Virus record (IMG/VR): IMGVR_UViG_3300042309_002885
Coordinates: 1-64,000 of that record
Length of the DNA stretch: 64,000 bases
Source of the DNA: a virus
Reading direction: 5' to 3' (one strand)
The notes under the pieces were generated by a model. It saw nothing but the letters and a program-made list of their open reading frames with translations. It did no database searches and was not told the DNA's origin. A program made the position numbers and the translations under genes. This document shows positions 33,789 to 42,628 of the stretch, one piece after another (positions within the stretch are counted from its first letter, which is position 1; the number at the start of each line of letters is the position of its first letter).

Positions 33789-35435
33789 ATGCGAGAATAT
33801 AAATGGCTTAACAAGGACTCAAGAAAGTTCCTCGAAAGAGGATATTTAGAGGAAAATGAAACACCAGAACAAAGAATACAAGATATAGCTGATAGAGCAC
33901 AGCAGCTATTAGGTATTGATAGCTTCTCTGATAAGTTTCATGATTACATGGCGAGGGGATTCTATTCTTTAGCGTCTCCTATTTGGTCAAACTTTGGTCG
34001 TAAAAGAGGCTTACCTATTTCTTGCTTTGGTAGTTTCATTCCTGATGACATGGAGCAGATTCTGTATAAGATGGGTGAGATTGGAACTATGTCAAAAGTA
34101 GGTGGGGGTACTTCAGCTTACTTTGGAGCTGTGAGAGGTCGTGGAGCTCCTATTTCTTCAGGTGGTAATGCAACAGGTGTACATCATCAACTGACTGTAT
34201 TTGATTCTCTTATCAACTACGTATCACAAGGGAATGTACGTAGAGGTTCATTTGCTGCTTATCTACCTATTGATCATCCAGACATTGAAGAGTTTCTTAA
34301 GATTAGATCAGAAGGCAATTCAATTCAAGATCTCTCTATTGGCGTTTGCGTTTCGGATGAATGGATGAAGTCCATGGTTGATGGAGATAGGGATAAGCGT
34401 AAGCTTTGGGGTGCAGTAATTAAGAAGCGATTCGAGTCTGGGTATCCATATATCTTTTTCTCTGATAACGCTAACAACCAAGCACCACAGATGTATAAAG
34501 ATAAAGGATTAAAGATTAACGCTTCTAATCTTTGTACTGAGATCTTTCTCTCTACTAGCGATGATGAATCGTTTGTATGTGATCTTTCATCTCTCAATCT
34601 TGAAAAATGGGATGAGATTGCTGAAACAGATGCTGTAGAAACTCTCGTTTACTTTCTTGATGCTGTCATGTCTGAGTTTATTGAAAAGACAGATGGTGTT
34701 AAGTTTATGGAAGCTCCACGTAAGTTCGCTATTAATCAGCGCGCGTTAGGTGTAGGTATTCTTGGATGGCACTCATTACTTCAATCGAAAATGGTATCGT
34801 TTGAATCAATGGAAGCTAAGATGATGAATAATGAGATCTGGCACTCTATTAGAGAGAAAGCAGATAAAGCAACAGCTGAGTTAGCTTCAAAATTTGGTGA
34901 ACCACCAATGCTTGAAGGTTATAATAGAAGAAACTCTACTACTCTAGCTGTAGCGCCTACGACATCAAGTTCGTTTATTTTAGGCCAAGTTTCACCATCC
35001 ATCGAACCTCTTAATAGTAATTACTTCGTTAAGGACCTTGCTAAGGGTAAGTTCACATATAAGAATCCTTATCTAGAGAAGCTTCTCAAAGAAAAAGGTA
35101 AGAACGATCAAGAAACATGGAAGGATATTCTCACACATGGAGGTTCGGTTCAACATCTAGATTTTCTTACTAAAGAAGAAAGAGATGTGTTTAAGACGTT
35201 CGGTGAAATCTCTCAGAAAGAAATTGTTATTCAAGCAGCACAGAGACAGAAGCATATCGATCAAGGGCAATCGCTCAATCTTATGATTCCACCTACTGCT
35301 AAGCCGAAAGAGGTAAATGAACTTCTTATCTTCGCTTGGGAGCAAGGTATTAAGTCTCTTTATTACCAGCGTTCGGCTAATCCTTCACAGGAGCTAGCTA
35401 GGTCTATTATGACTTGCTCTACCTGCGAAGCTTGA
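33789..35435 (+). CDS. nrdA: Ribonucleotide reductase class I alpha subunit (no ATP cone)
   Basis: LPISCF, GGGTS, SNLCTEI, VAPTTSSS, IDQGQSLN, SLYYQRS, terminal CxxC. Confidence 0.95.
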   Translation: MREYKWLNKDSRKFLERGYLEENETPEQRIQDIADRAQQLLGIDSFSDKFHDYMARGFYSLASPIWSNFGRKRGLPISCFGSFIPDDMEQILYKMGEIGTMSKVGGGTSAYFGAVRGRGAPISSGGNATGVHHQLTVFDSLINYVSQGNVRRGSFAAYLPIDHPDIEEFLKIRSEGNSIQDLSIGVCVSDEWMKSMVDGDRDKRKLWGAVIKKRFESGYPYIFFSDNANNQAPQMYKDKGLKINASNLCTEIFLSTSDDESFVCDLSSLNLEKWDEIAETDAVETLVYFLDAVMSEFIEKTDGVKFMEAPRKFAINQRALGVGILGWHSLLQSKMVSFESMEAKMMNNEIWHSIREKADKATAELASKFGEPPMLEGYNRRNSTTLAVAPTTSSSFILGQVSPSIEPLNSNYFVKDLAKGKFTYKNPYLEKLLKEKGKNDQETWKDILTHGGSVQHLDFLTKEERDVFKTFGEISQKEIVIQAAQRQKHIDQGQSLNLMIPPTAKPKEVNELLIFAWEQGIKSLYYQRSANPSQELARSIMTCSTCEA

Positions 35436-35469
35436 TTAATCTCATATTCAGTATATAAATATTATTGCT

Positions 35470-35895
35470 ATGAGTTATTTACTTACTAACAAAGCACTGT
35501 CGGACGTTTTCGGATTATCCGAAATCGGTAATTATACAAATAGTTTGATGAATAGTCACCCACTCTTCACATCTATTAACGAAAAAACGGGTGACACGGT
35601 TCGCTTCAACGAGACAGCGGATGGACATACGGTAGAGATCGACCTACCTGGTGTAAAAAAAGCTGACTGTAAAGTTGAGCTTTTTCAATCAGGTACTAAT
35701 GTCAAGGTGTATGTAAAAGCATCGCGAAAGATCACCCATAAGGGTGGTTCACGTGATGAGACCTTCACTCGTGAATTTTCTCTTCGAGAAGCGCGAGAAG
35801 AAAGCGTCAAAGCAGCACTAGAGGATGGAGTACTGACTATTACAGCGCCCATTGAGGTTAACAAGACACGTAGAAAGGTAATCGATCTACAATAA
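35470..35895 (+). CDS. Small heat-shock protein (Hsp20)
   Basis: VEIDLPGVKK...FTREFSL...AALEDGVLTITAP. Confidence 0.85.
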   Translation: MSYLLTNKALSDVFGLSEIGNYTNSLMNSHPLFTSINEKTGDTVRFNETADGHTVEIDLPGVKKADCKVELFQSGTNVKVYVKASRKITHKGGSRDETFTREFSLREAREESVKAALEDGVLTITAPIEVNKTRRKVIDLQ

Positions 35896-35906
35896 CAACT
35901 AACAAC

Positions 35907-35930
35907 AGCCCCGATGGAGACATCGGGGCT
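35907..35930 (+). terminator. GC-rich hairpin after hsp20
   Basis: AGCCCCGATG-GAGA-CATCGGGGCT; no clear U tract. Confidence 0.6.
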
Positions 35931-35941
35931 CCTACTATCTT

Positions 35942-36580
35942 ATGAAATGGAAATACACACTTAATGAAAACAGCAATGAAGAAAAGCAGTCACCGCAACA
36001 AATTTTTATCACGCAGAGCGGCGGTTCTTCTGGGGGACCTGGTGCCAGTATACGAGTTTCGGAAAATACAATTTTCTTTTACTCAGATGTTACAGAGCAG
36101 AGTGCGCTCGATCTTAACCAGGCACTTTACGAAGTAGATTCTAAATTAAAAAACACATCTAATTTTTTAGGTCCTAATTTCACACCACACATTAAATTAC
36201 GAATTAATTCCTATGGCGGTTCGCTATTTGCTGGTCTTGCAATTCTTGATGTAATGCGAAATCTTAAATCAGAAATACATACCTATGTAGATGGTGCAGC
36301 TGCATCAGCTGCTACTATTATTTCTATTGCAGGTGCTAAGCGATATATTGGTAAAAATTCTATGATGCTCATACATCAACTCTCTACAGGTGCGTATGGT
36401 AAGTACTCTGAGCTTGAAGATGATATGGAGAATAACAAGCGGTTAATGAAGATGATTAAAGATATTTATAAACAATATACTAAAGTACCTATGAAGAACA
36501 TTGATGAAATTTTAAAGCATGATTTGTGGTTTGATTCATCAAAGTGTTTAGAGTTTGGTCTCGTCGATCAGATTGTGTAA
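35942..36580 (+). CDS. clpP: ClpP-like protease
   Basis: INSYGGS, GAAASAAT (catalytic Ser), MLIHQ (His), DLWF. Confidence 0.85.
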   Translation: MKWKYTLNENSNEEKQSPQQIFITQSGGSSGGPGASIRVSENTIFFYSDVTEQSALDLNQALYEVDSKLKNTSNFLGPNFTPHIKLRINSYGGSLFAGLAILDVMRNLKSEIHTYVDGAAASAATIISIAGAKRYIGKNSMMLIHQLSTGAYGKYSELEDDMENNKRLMKMIKDIYKQYTKVPMKNIDEILKHDLWFDSSKCLEFGLVDQIV

Positions 36581-36581
36581 A

Positions 36582-38345
36582 TTATTCTGTTCGCGGACCA
36601 GGATCTTTCCACGCGGTCTTACGACGATGATCCATTTTTAACGCTCTATTTGCAAACGAAGCAATATTTATTCCTTCGTTTGCAGCACGATTTCTTAGTG
36701 CTTTATTGGTCTCTGTCAATCTTAATGGTAAATTATGAAAGTGGTGAGAATGTGGGTAAAGCCTAACAGTATCGTGAACATTTGAACCGTATACTGGTAC
36801 ATATGCACCAGAGCCGTAAACATTGCGCGTATACGTAAGCGGTACATTGGTCAGTCCGTTAAAATAATATACTGTTATTGATACTCGTCCTATTACAGTG
36901 GTTGTTTTCATTTGAGCCCATCCGCATATTTTCTTAGTATCCCATGGCAGGTAACCCCAACATTCGGTATTTTCAGTTTGCTGTATTTCAAGAGGCGCGG
37001 TTACATGATGTGTAAATAATTCACCTTCAACATATAAACCTCCACCAACCGTTGCGTTATTTGTAACACCGAGAGAAGTATCAACAAGAACCTGCCGTCT
37101 AGATCTAAGGTGTATTTTTGGAGAGTATATATCAATATGACTTGCGCTTCCAAGAACTATACCATGCGAAGCATTAAGATCTACCCGGGTACATGCAGCT
37201 CTTAACGATGTACAACCTAACGTCATTGCGCCCGTTGTATTGACCTGTATACCGCCGGAGCCGACCATAACATTATATTTGTTACCGACTGTTAAGGTAT
37301 AATTTCCACAAGGAAAGTTCTCGTCGTTTGATATATCTTCTACATGCGGTACATAATCGTGATGTTTAATTAAACGTGTACCACTCACACCAACCTCTGT
37401 CGGCTGTGATCTACCATAATCGTCTATTCTCACTGAAGGGTAATTGTTTGTCATTACACCAATGCACTCCACTTTATGACGCTTTACAGATAGTATCGAG
37501 TCTCCATTTTTACCCATTCTTGCCTCGAGCGGTAGTAGTTTTTTGGGAGGTAACTCTACCAAATCTCCCGGGTCTTCAACCGGTAAATATAAGTTATTGA
37601 CAACTTCAGCGATTATTTTTACATTTTTTTGCTTGTTTAAAACCCACGAACCACCTTCTGTAGCAGAGCTTACAGACGCACCGAACTGCAATATTCCTGG
37701 TGCATTGGTGCCAAACTTACCAAACGCTTGTGATACATCGCCCACAGAAGGAACTACGCTTTGCGCTGAAGGTTGGTTTCTATTAGCAACGTTTGTATAC
37801 CGCCATACTTGATCAAGATTTGATTTTCGCAACGGCGTCGGTGTAACCTTACTTGTAGTATTTACTAGAGCCTTAGCGTTGAATTTAAGATCAGGATTTG
37901 TTGCACGTGAACCTACTTGAGGCGTCGTTATGCCATTGGGCTTAGAATACCCGCCCCTAAAAACGTCAAATTCCGAATTCCAGCTTGCAACCTGTCTATA
38001 ATCTTCTCTCCATCTATAGTGTACACCTATCTGTCTTCCTGTTAGATCAGGGTTATAGCCAATAAATTCGTAGCTATTTTCCCCTACATGTACTGTTCGC
38101 TCCTGACCAATAGAAGTATTAAGCGAATGACCTATTGTTCTGAATTCATCGTTGGCAACTTTTGTTTGCTTATTATTTGTAGCAAGCTCACTATTGACAA
38201 AGTTTGATATTGATATGTTAGAGCCGGAGTGCTGCGATATTTTTACTTGCTCGCGATTGGTAGAGTTGTTTATTACAATCGTACCTCCACGCTGATTAAG
38301 TACAAACTTGTTTTTATAATCGTAAGTAGCTGCTCGTGTTTGCAT
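36582..38345 (-). CDS. Baseplate spike, gp5-like C-terminal beta-helix protein
   Basis: NQRGGTIVINNS...ISQHSGS repeats, GG/VG-rich beta strands, HSHHFH near the C-terminus; follows the gp5 OB-fold gene. Confidence 0.65.
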   Translation of the reverse strand: MQTRAATYDYKNKFVLNQRGGTIVINNSTNREQVKISQHSGSNISISNFVNSELATNNKQTKVANDEFRTIGHSLNTSIGQERTVHVGENSYEFIGYNPDLTGRQIGVHYRWREDYRQVASWNSEFDVFRGGYSKPNGITTPQVGSRATNPDLKFNAKALVNTTSKVTPTPLRKSNLDQVWRYTNVANRNQPSAQSVVPSVGDVSQAFGKFGTNAPGILQFGASVSSATEGGSWVLNKQKNVKIIAEVVNNLYLPVEDPGDLVELPPKKLLPLEARMGKNGDSILSVKRHKVECIGVMTNNYPSVRIDDYGRSQPTEVGVSGTRLIKHHDYVPHVEDISNDENFPCGNYTLTVGNKYNVMVGSGGIQVNTTGAMTLGCTSLRAACTRVDLNASHGIVLGSASHIDIYSPKIHLRSRRQVLVDTSLGVTNNATVGGGLYVEGELFTHHVTAPLEIQQTENTECWGYLPWDTKKICGWAQMKTTTVIGRVSITVYYFNGLTNVPLTYTRNVYGSGAYVPVYGSNVHDTVRLYPHSHHFHNLPLRLTETNKALRNRAANEGINIASFANRALKMDHRRKTAWKDPGPRTE

Positions 38346-38354
38346 TGAAAAAAA

Positions 38355-39278
38355 TTATTTTAGTGTTACTTGAAGATCCTCTCCTTGAGAGTTACTGTTT
38401 TTAAATATAAATGGATGTTCATTTTCATAATACCCCGGATAATCTAGCGATGTGGGTTCTATATCTTGATCATTCATTATAAGCGCCTCCCTGTAATCAT
38501 GTCGCACACCAAAATAAACCGGTAGATTTACATCGCCGTTATAATGGAATACCCAAACTTTTGTACCAACATTAGGTACCCCAAATACACCTTTAGGCTT
38601 ATTAACATAAGTAGCAGGTCTATATTCATAAGCATACGGGTTAGCTTGCGTCTTTAGACTACCGATCGCGTTAGTAAAATGATCACACACCATGGTCTCA
38701 TATGCTTCATAAAAATAAGACGGGGAAAAGGATCCATTGGTTATACTCATAGGCTTCGATTGATCAAAACCTTCATTTATATATGGGCCGCGGTCTCCTG
38801 TATATCTTTCCCCTGGCTGCAATTCGGTTCGGTTATCATATTCACCAAAGCTCCAGACTGGATCACACTGCGGCCCGGCCTTTGGACCAACAGCATAATC
38901 ATTTAATTGCTCCCTTAGGTGTGTCGAATCAGTTATATGTGTTGATTTTGAGATAACAGATGCTGGATGATAGTAACCTGAACCGCCTTCACCCATAAGG
39001 GGGAAGCTTGCTTCCGCCCATGGTAAAAACTTTGTTATTTCCTTAAATGTAACATCATCCGTCCATGTATCAGAGGGATTGGTACGCCCAGGAAACTTTA
39101 ATTCAAATTGATGTTTGTCCTCTAGCCAATTTTTATACGGTTGATTTGATAACTCCGGTATATAAATTTTTACACGATGCATTTGAAGCGGGTCATCATT
39201 ACGCACAACAATACCCTTATAGAAAGAATTATCTACCCGGCCGTATTCAATTGGCTGATCAACTCCACGTACAAACAT
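38355..39278 (-). CDS. Baseplate hub gp5-like N-terminal OB-fold protein
   Basis: YKGIVVRNDDPL..HRVKIYIP, LPWAE, GVFGVPNVGTKVWVF..GD.N.PVYFG. Confidence 0.75.
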   Translation of the reverse strand: MFVRGVDQPIEYGRVDNSFYKGIVVRNDDPLQMHRVKIYIPELSNQPYKNWLEDKHQFELKFPGRTNPSDTWTDDVTFKEITKFLPWAEASFPLMGEGGSGYYHPASVISKSTHITDSTHLREQLNDYAVGPKAGPQCDPVWSFGEYDNRTELQPGERYTGDRGPYINEGFDQSKPMSITNGSFSPSYFYEAYETMVCDHFTNAIGSLKTQANPYAYEYRPATYVNKPKGVFGVPNVGTKVWVFHYNGDVNLPVYFGVRHDYREALIMNDQDIEPTSLDYPGYYENEHPFIFKNSNSQGEDLQVTLK

Positions 39279-39329
39279 CTTTTAATATTTAATCGTTGAA
39301 CTTATTTATATATACACTATAATAAATCT

Positions 39330-40133
39330 ATGCTTATATCGCACGAAACTCCTATTAGCTTTTTATCAAAGTCACACGAATATAATGATTACGACTACGC
39401 GTTAGTGCATTTATTTGAAACGCAACCAGAATATTATTCATTCTTTAAGTCGTGTGTCCTTCAAGGTCGTGAAGTTTTACTCGATAACTCAATCTTTGAA
39501 CTTAAAGAAGCATTCGACCATGTAAAGTATGCAAAATATATTGATGAGCTCAAACCTACATATTTTATCGTACCGGATGTTCTTGAAGACTCACGAGGTA
39601 CAATGGATTCGTATTTGAAGTTTAAGAGCGCTTACTTTAATTTACCAGGGCTGTGGATAGGTGCTGTTCAAGGAAAAACGTACCAAGATATTGTTGAGTG
39701 TTATAAATTTATGTCAAAGAATGCAGATTATATTGCAATTTCTTTTGACTATTCATGGTACCAGTTAATAGGTATTTCTAATAGCAGCGATCCTAATTTA
39801 GCTAGACTTGAACGCATGTGCTCGGGCCGTCAAAAATTAATCTCTATGCTACAAACAGATGGTATTTGGAATTATGAAAAGCCACACCACCTGCTAGGAG
39901 CGTCTCTTGCTCGTGAATTTAGCGCTTATAAACATGTTACGAGTATTAGATCTTGCGATACATCTAACCCGGTTGTAGCAGGTATTCTAGGAAAGAGATA
40001 CATACGGGGTATAGGCCTTTACGAAAAACCTAGTGTAATGCTTGCCGATCTAATTAATCACGACGTTACTGAGGAAGAAGAAATCGACATCTGGCACAAT
40101 GTTTATGAATTTAAAAGAATTTGTATGTCATGA
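39330..40133 (+). CDS. dpdA: TGT-fold guanine transglycosylase (DpdA3-like)
   Basis: LDNSIFE, IVPDV, GAVQG, HHLLG, SCDTS motifs; TTGAAC-16-TATAAT promoter; operon with queF. Confidence 0.65.
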   Translation: MLISHETPISFLSKSHEYNDYDYALVHLFETQPEYYSFFKSCVLQGREVLLDNSIFELKEAFDHVKYAKYIDELKPTYFIVPDVLEDSRGTMDSYLKFKSAYFNLPGLWIGAVQGKTYQDIVECYKFMSKNADYIAISFDYSWYQLIGISNSSDPNLARLERMCSGRQKLISMLQTDGIWNYEKPHHLLGASLAREFSAYKHVTSIRSCDTSNPVVAGILGKRYIRGIGLYEKPSVMLADLINHDVTEEEEIDIWHNVYEFKRICMS

Positions 40134-40693
40134 AATGGGCAGCATTATTCTCACAAACTGGTTCTGAGATTTGCAATCTTTCAGAAAAACTAGGTCATTA
40201 TCCTGATCTAGTTATTTCAGATAATACTAATGAAGCTAATATAGTAGATCCAAGAATTGAACTTAACTGTAAAAAGCTTCTTTGGAGAAAGTATAAGGGA
40301 TTAACGAAAGAAGAAAAGCTCGATTATTATAGAAAATATCTTCAAGGGTATGATATTATAACGCTCCACGGCTGGCTTAACATTGTACCTGCAGATATAT
40401 GTAATGAATTTAATATATACAACGGTCACCCTGGTCTTATTAATTACTTTCCAGAGTTAAAAGGTAAGAATCCGCAGGTACGAGCTTGGGATAATATTAG
40501 CAATTATCAATTTGTAGGTAGTGTTATTCATAAAGTTACACCAGGAGTAGATGAAGGTCCTATTATTTGTTATAGTAAGGTAAGTTCAAATTGTTGTATT
40601 GGTTTAGATTCTACTTTCGGTAGTTTAAAACAAACATCGCTTGATTCTTGGGTTGATTTCTTTAACAATAAACGATATAATATTATATGCTAA
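40130..40693 (+). CDS. dpdN: Formyltransferase (DpdN-like, PurN fold)
   Basis: LHGWL, YNGHPGL, GSVIH, VDEGPII; ATGA overlap with the previous gene. Confidence 0.7.
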   Translation: MKWAALFSQTGSEICNLSEKLGHYPDLVISDNTNEANIVDPRIELNCKKLLWRKYKGLTKEEKLDYYRKYLQGYDIITLHGWLNIVPADICNEFNIYNGHPGLINYFPELKGKNPQVRAWDNISNYQFVGSVIHKVTPGVDEGPIICYSKVSSNCCIGLDSTFGSLKQTSLDSWVDFFNNKRYNIIC

Positions 40694-41292
40694 TTAGCTT
40701 TTCGGGAGCACAAAGTACGGGAAAAAGTACATTACTAAAGATGTGGCAGGAAGCTATACCTGAGTGGGATTATATTCCTGAAGTTACTAGATTGGTTAAA
40801 CGTGAATATGATTTACCAATTAACGAAGATGGTAATGATCTTACTCAGACAATGATAATGGGCGAGCATTTGCGTAATGCTTTTATAAAGAGAGAGAAAC
40901 ATGCAATTTTAGATAGATGTTCTCTTGATGGGCTTGTATATACACATTGGCTTTGTGATAATAAAAAAGTATCTGTGGGTGCGTATTCGCATGCTAGATA
41001 TGTATTTGATAATACTATCGATAAGTATGATCTTATTATATATACATCACCGGAAGATGTTCCTGTTGTAGATGATGGTGAGAGAAGTATTAATATAAAA
41101 TTTAGAGAAGAAATTATTGAATTGTTTGAACAATATCTTATTACTATTCCTGAACGAAAGCTTCTTAGGGTTAGAGGTGATGTAAGGCAGCGTATTGATC
41201 AGATAGGACTTGCATTTGAGTATATCGGCATGGGTAACTACAGTCCTCTTACCTTTAATAGATCTTTTTTTCGTCCTATCTCCTGTAATTAA
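40687..41292 (+). CDS. P-loop nucleotide kinase-like protein (AAA_28/dNMP kinase)
   Basis: GAQSTGKST, ILDRCSLD, DDGER motifs. Confidence 0.75.
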   Translation: MLISFSGAQSTGKSTLLKMWQEAIPEWDYIPEVTRLVKREYDLPINEDGNDLTQTMIMGEHLRNAFIKREKHAILDRCSLDGLVYTHWLCDNKKVSVGAYSHARYVFDNTIDKYDLIIYTSPEDVPVVDDGERSINIKFREEIIELFEQYLITIPERKLLRVRGDVRQRIDQIGLAFEYIGMGNYSPLTFNRSFFRPISCN

Positions 41293-41326
41293 CTTGCAGA
41301 ACAAACATATTAATATAAAATAAATT

Positions 41327-42268
41327 ATGGCATCAAAAACGAAACTAGATAATTCGAATATCAGCAAACACCTTGGTCAGACGTCACAATATAAATCGAC
41401 TTACGATCCATCGCTCTTGGTACGCGAACCAAGACAATCAAATAGAACGCACCTTAATATTCAAGATGATAATCTCCCTTTCATCGGCAACGATACCTGG
41501 AATGCGTATGAGGTGTCTGGTTTGACAGATACGGGGTTACCTGTAACAGGTGTCGCTAAAATTGTCTATCCATGTACAAGTAAGTATATTGTTGAGTCAA
41601 AGTCTATTAAGCTTTACTTTAATAGCTTCAACATGACTAAGCTAGGCGAAACATCAGATGAAGTACGTTCGGTTATTTCGCGTAGAGCTAGTGTAGATCT
41701 TTCAAGACTCCTGGAAACAGATGTACAGGTTCATGTATTTAGTAATATATCTATATTAGAAGATGCAGAGTGTGCTATTAATGAGTGGGGTCATGATGTT
41801 AGTAAGCATAAAGGAGCAACATATGTTACACTCGAAGAAGTGTATCCTGTTGAGGGTGTAGAATTTAATACATATATTGAAACGCCTAAACTTCTTAGGG
41901 TGCTAGATTCAGAAGTTGCAGAAGTATACTATCATAGTGCTTTACTTAAATCAAACTGTAGAGTTACTTCGCAGCCTGATTGGGGCGATGTGTATATTTA
42001 TATGAAAGGAGACAAAACTGTAGATCCTATTTCCCTCCTACAATATATTGTTTCGTTTAGAGATGAATGTCACTTTCATGAAGAAATTTGCGAAACTATT
42101 TATAAAAGACTATACGACGCGATTAAACCTGATGAGCTTTGTGTGAGGTGTTTATATGCAAGACGTGGTGGTATTGATATTAACCCGGAACGTGCTTCTA
42201 GTAAAAGTCTGCTTCACCCTACTTTGAGTGACGAAACAGTACCGTATATTAAAACCCCCAAGCAATAA
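41327..42268 (+). CDS. queF: 7-cyano-7-deazaguanine reductase (two-domain QueF)
   Basis: VESKSIKLYFNSFN, LKSNCRVTSQPDWG, HFHEEICE, YARRGGIDINP. Confidence 0.92.
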   Translation: MASKTKLDNSNISKHLGQTSQYKSTYDPSLLVREPRQSNRTHLNIQDDNLPFIGNDTWNAYEVSGLTDTGLPVTGVAKIVYPCTSKYIVESKSIKLYFNSFNMTKLGETSDEVRSVISRRASVDLSRLLETDVQVHVFSNISILEDAECAINEWGHDVSKHKGATYVTLEEVYPVEGVEFNTYIETPKLLRVLDSEVAEVYYHSALLKSNCRVTSQPDWGDVYIYMKGDKTVDPISLLQYIVSFRDECHFHEEICETIYKRLYDAIKPDELCVRCLYARRGGIDINPERASSKSLLHPTLSDETVPYIKTPKQ

Positions 42269-42292
42269 GCTACTGCTATAATAAATAATGGT

Positions 42293-42613
42293 ATGCCTAT
42301 ACCTACCACAAACAATGGTTCAACATTTTATAATATTAATGAATGTAGATCTTTCAAACAAGCTATCGGTACAAGTCTCGTAGGTCTTTCTGCTCAACCA
42401 TGCTCTGAGGTTATTATAATAAATAAGACAGGTGGAAATTTAACTATTTATGATAATAACTATTCAAGTAATAGTTTTGGGTTTCTTTTAGCGAGTAACG
42501 AGTCGTTTACTTTTAGAGGTATAACCAATACAAACATGGTATCCGCTATAGCAGCTTCAAGCGGAGATATATACTACCGTACACAGTTTTTTAGTTTACT
42601 TCCACAGCGCTAA
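42293..42613 (+). CDS. Putative virion structural protein
   Basis: Beta-rich small late ORF after ATAAATA. Confidence 0.55.
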   Translation: MPIPTTNNGSTFYNINECRSFKQAIGTSLVGLSAQPCSEVIIINKTGGNLTIYDNNYSSNSFGFLLASNESFTFRGITNTNMVSAIAASSGDIYYRTQFFSLLPQR

Positions 42614-42628
42614 GCATAAATATAAACG

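Noticed and set aside
30522-35435. Self-splicing introns or inteins in thyX/nrdB/nrdA
   Set aside because: All three ORFs are continuous, of normal or short length, with motifs in the expected order.
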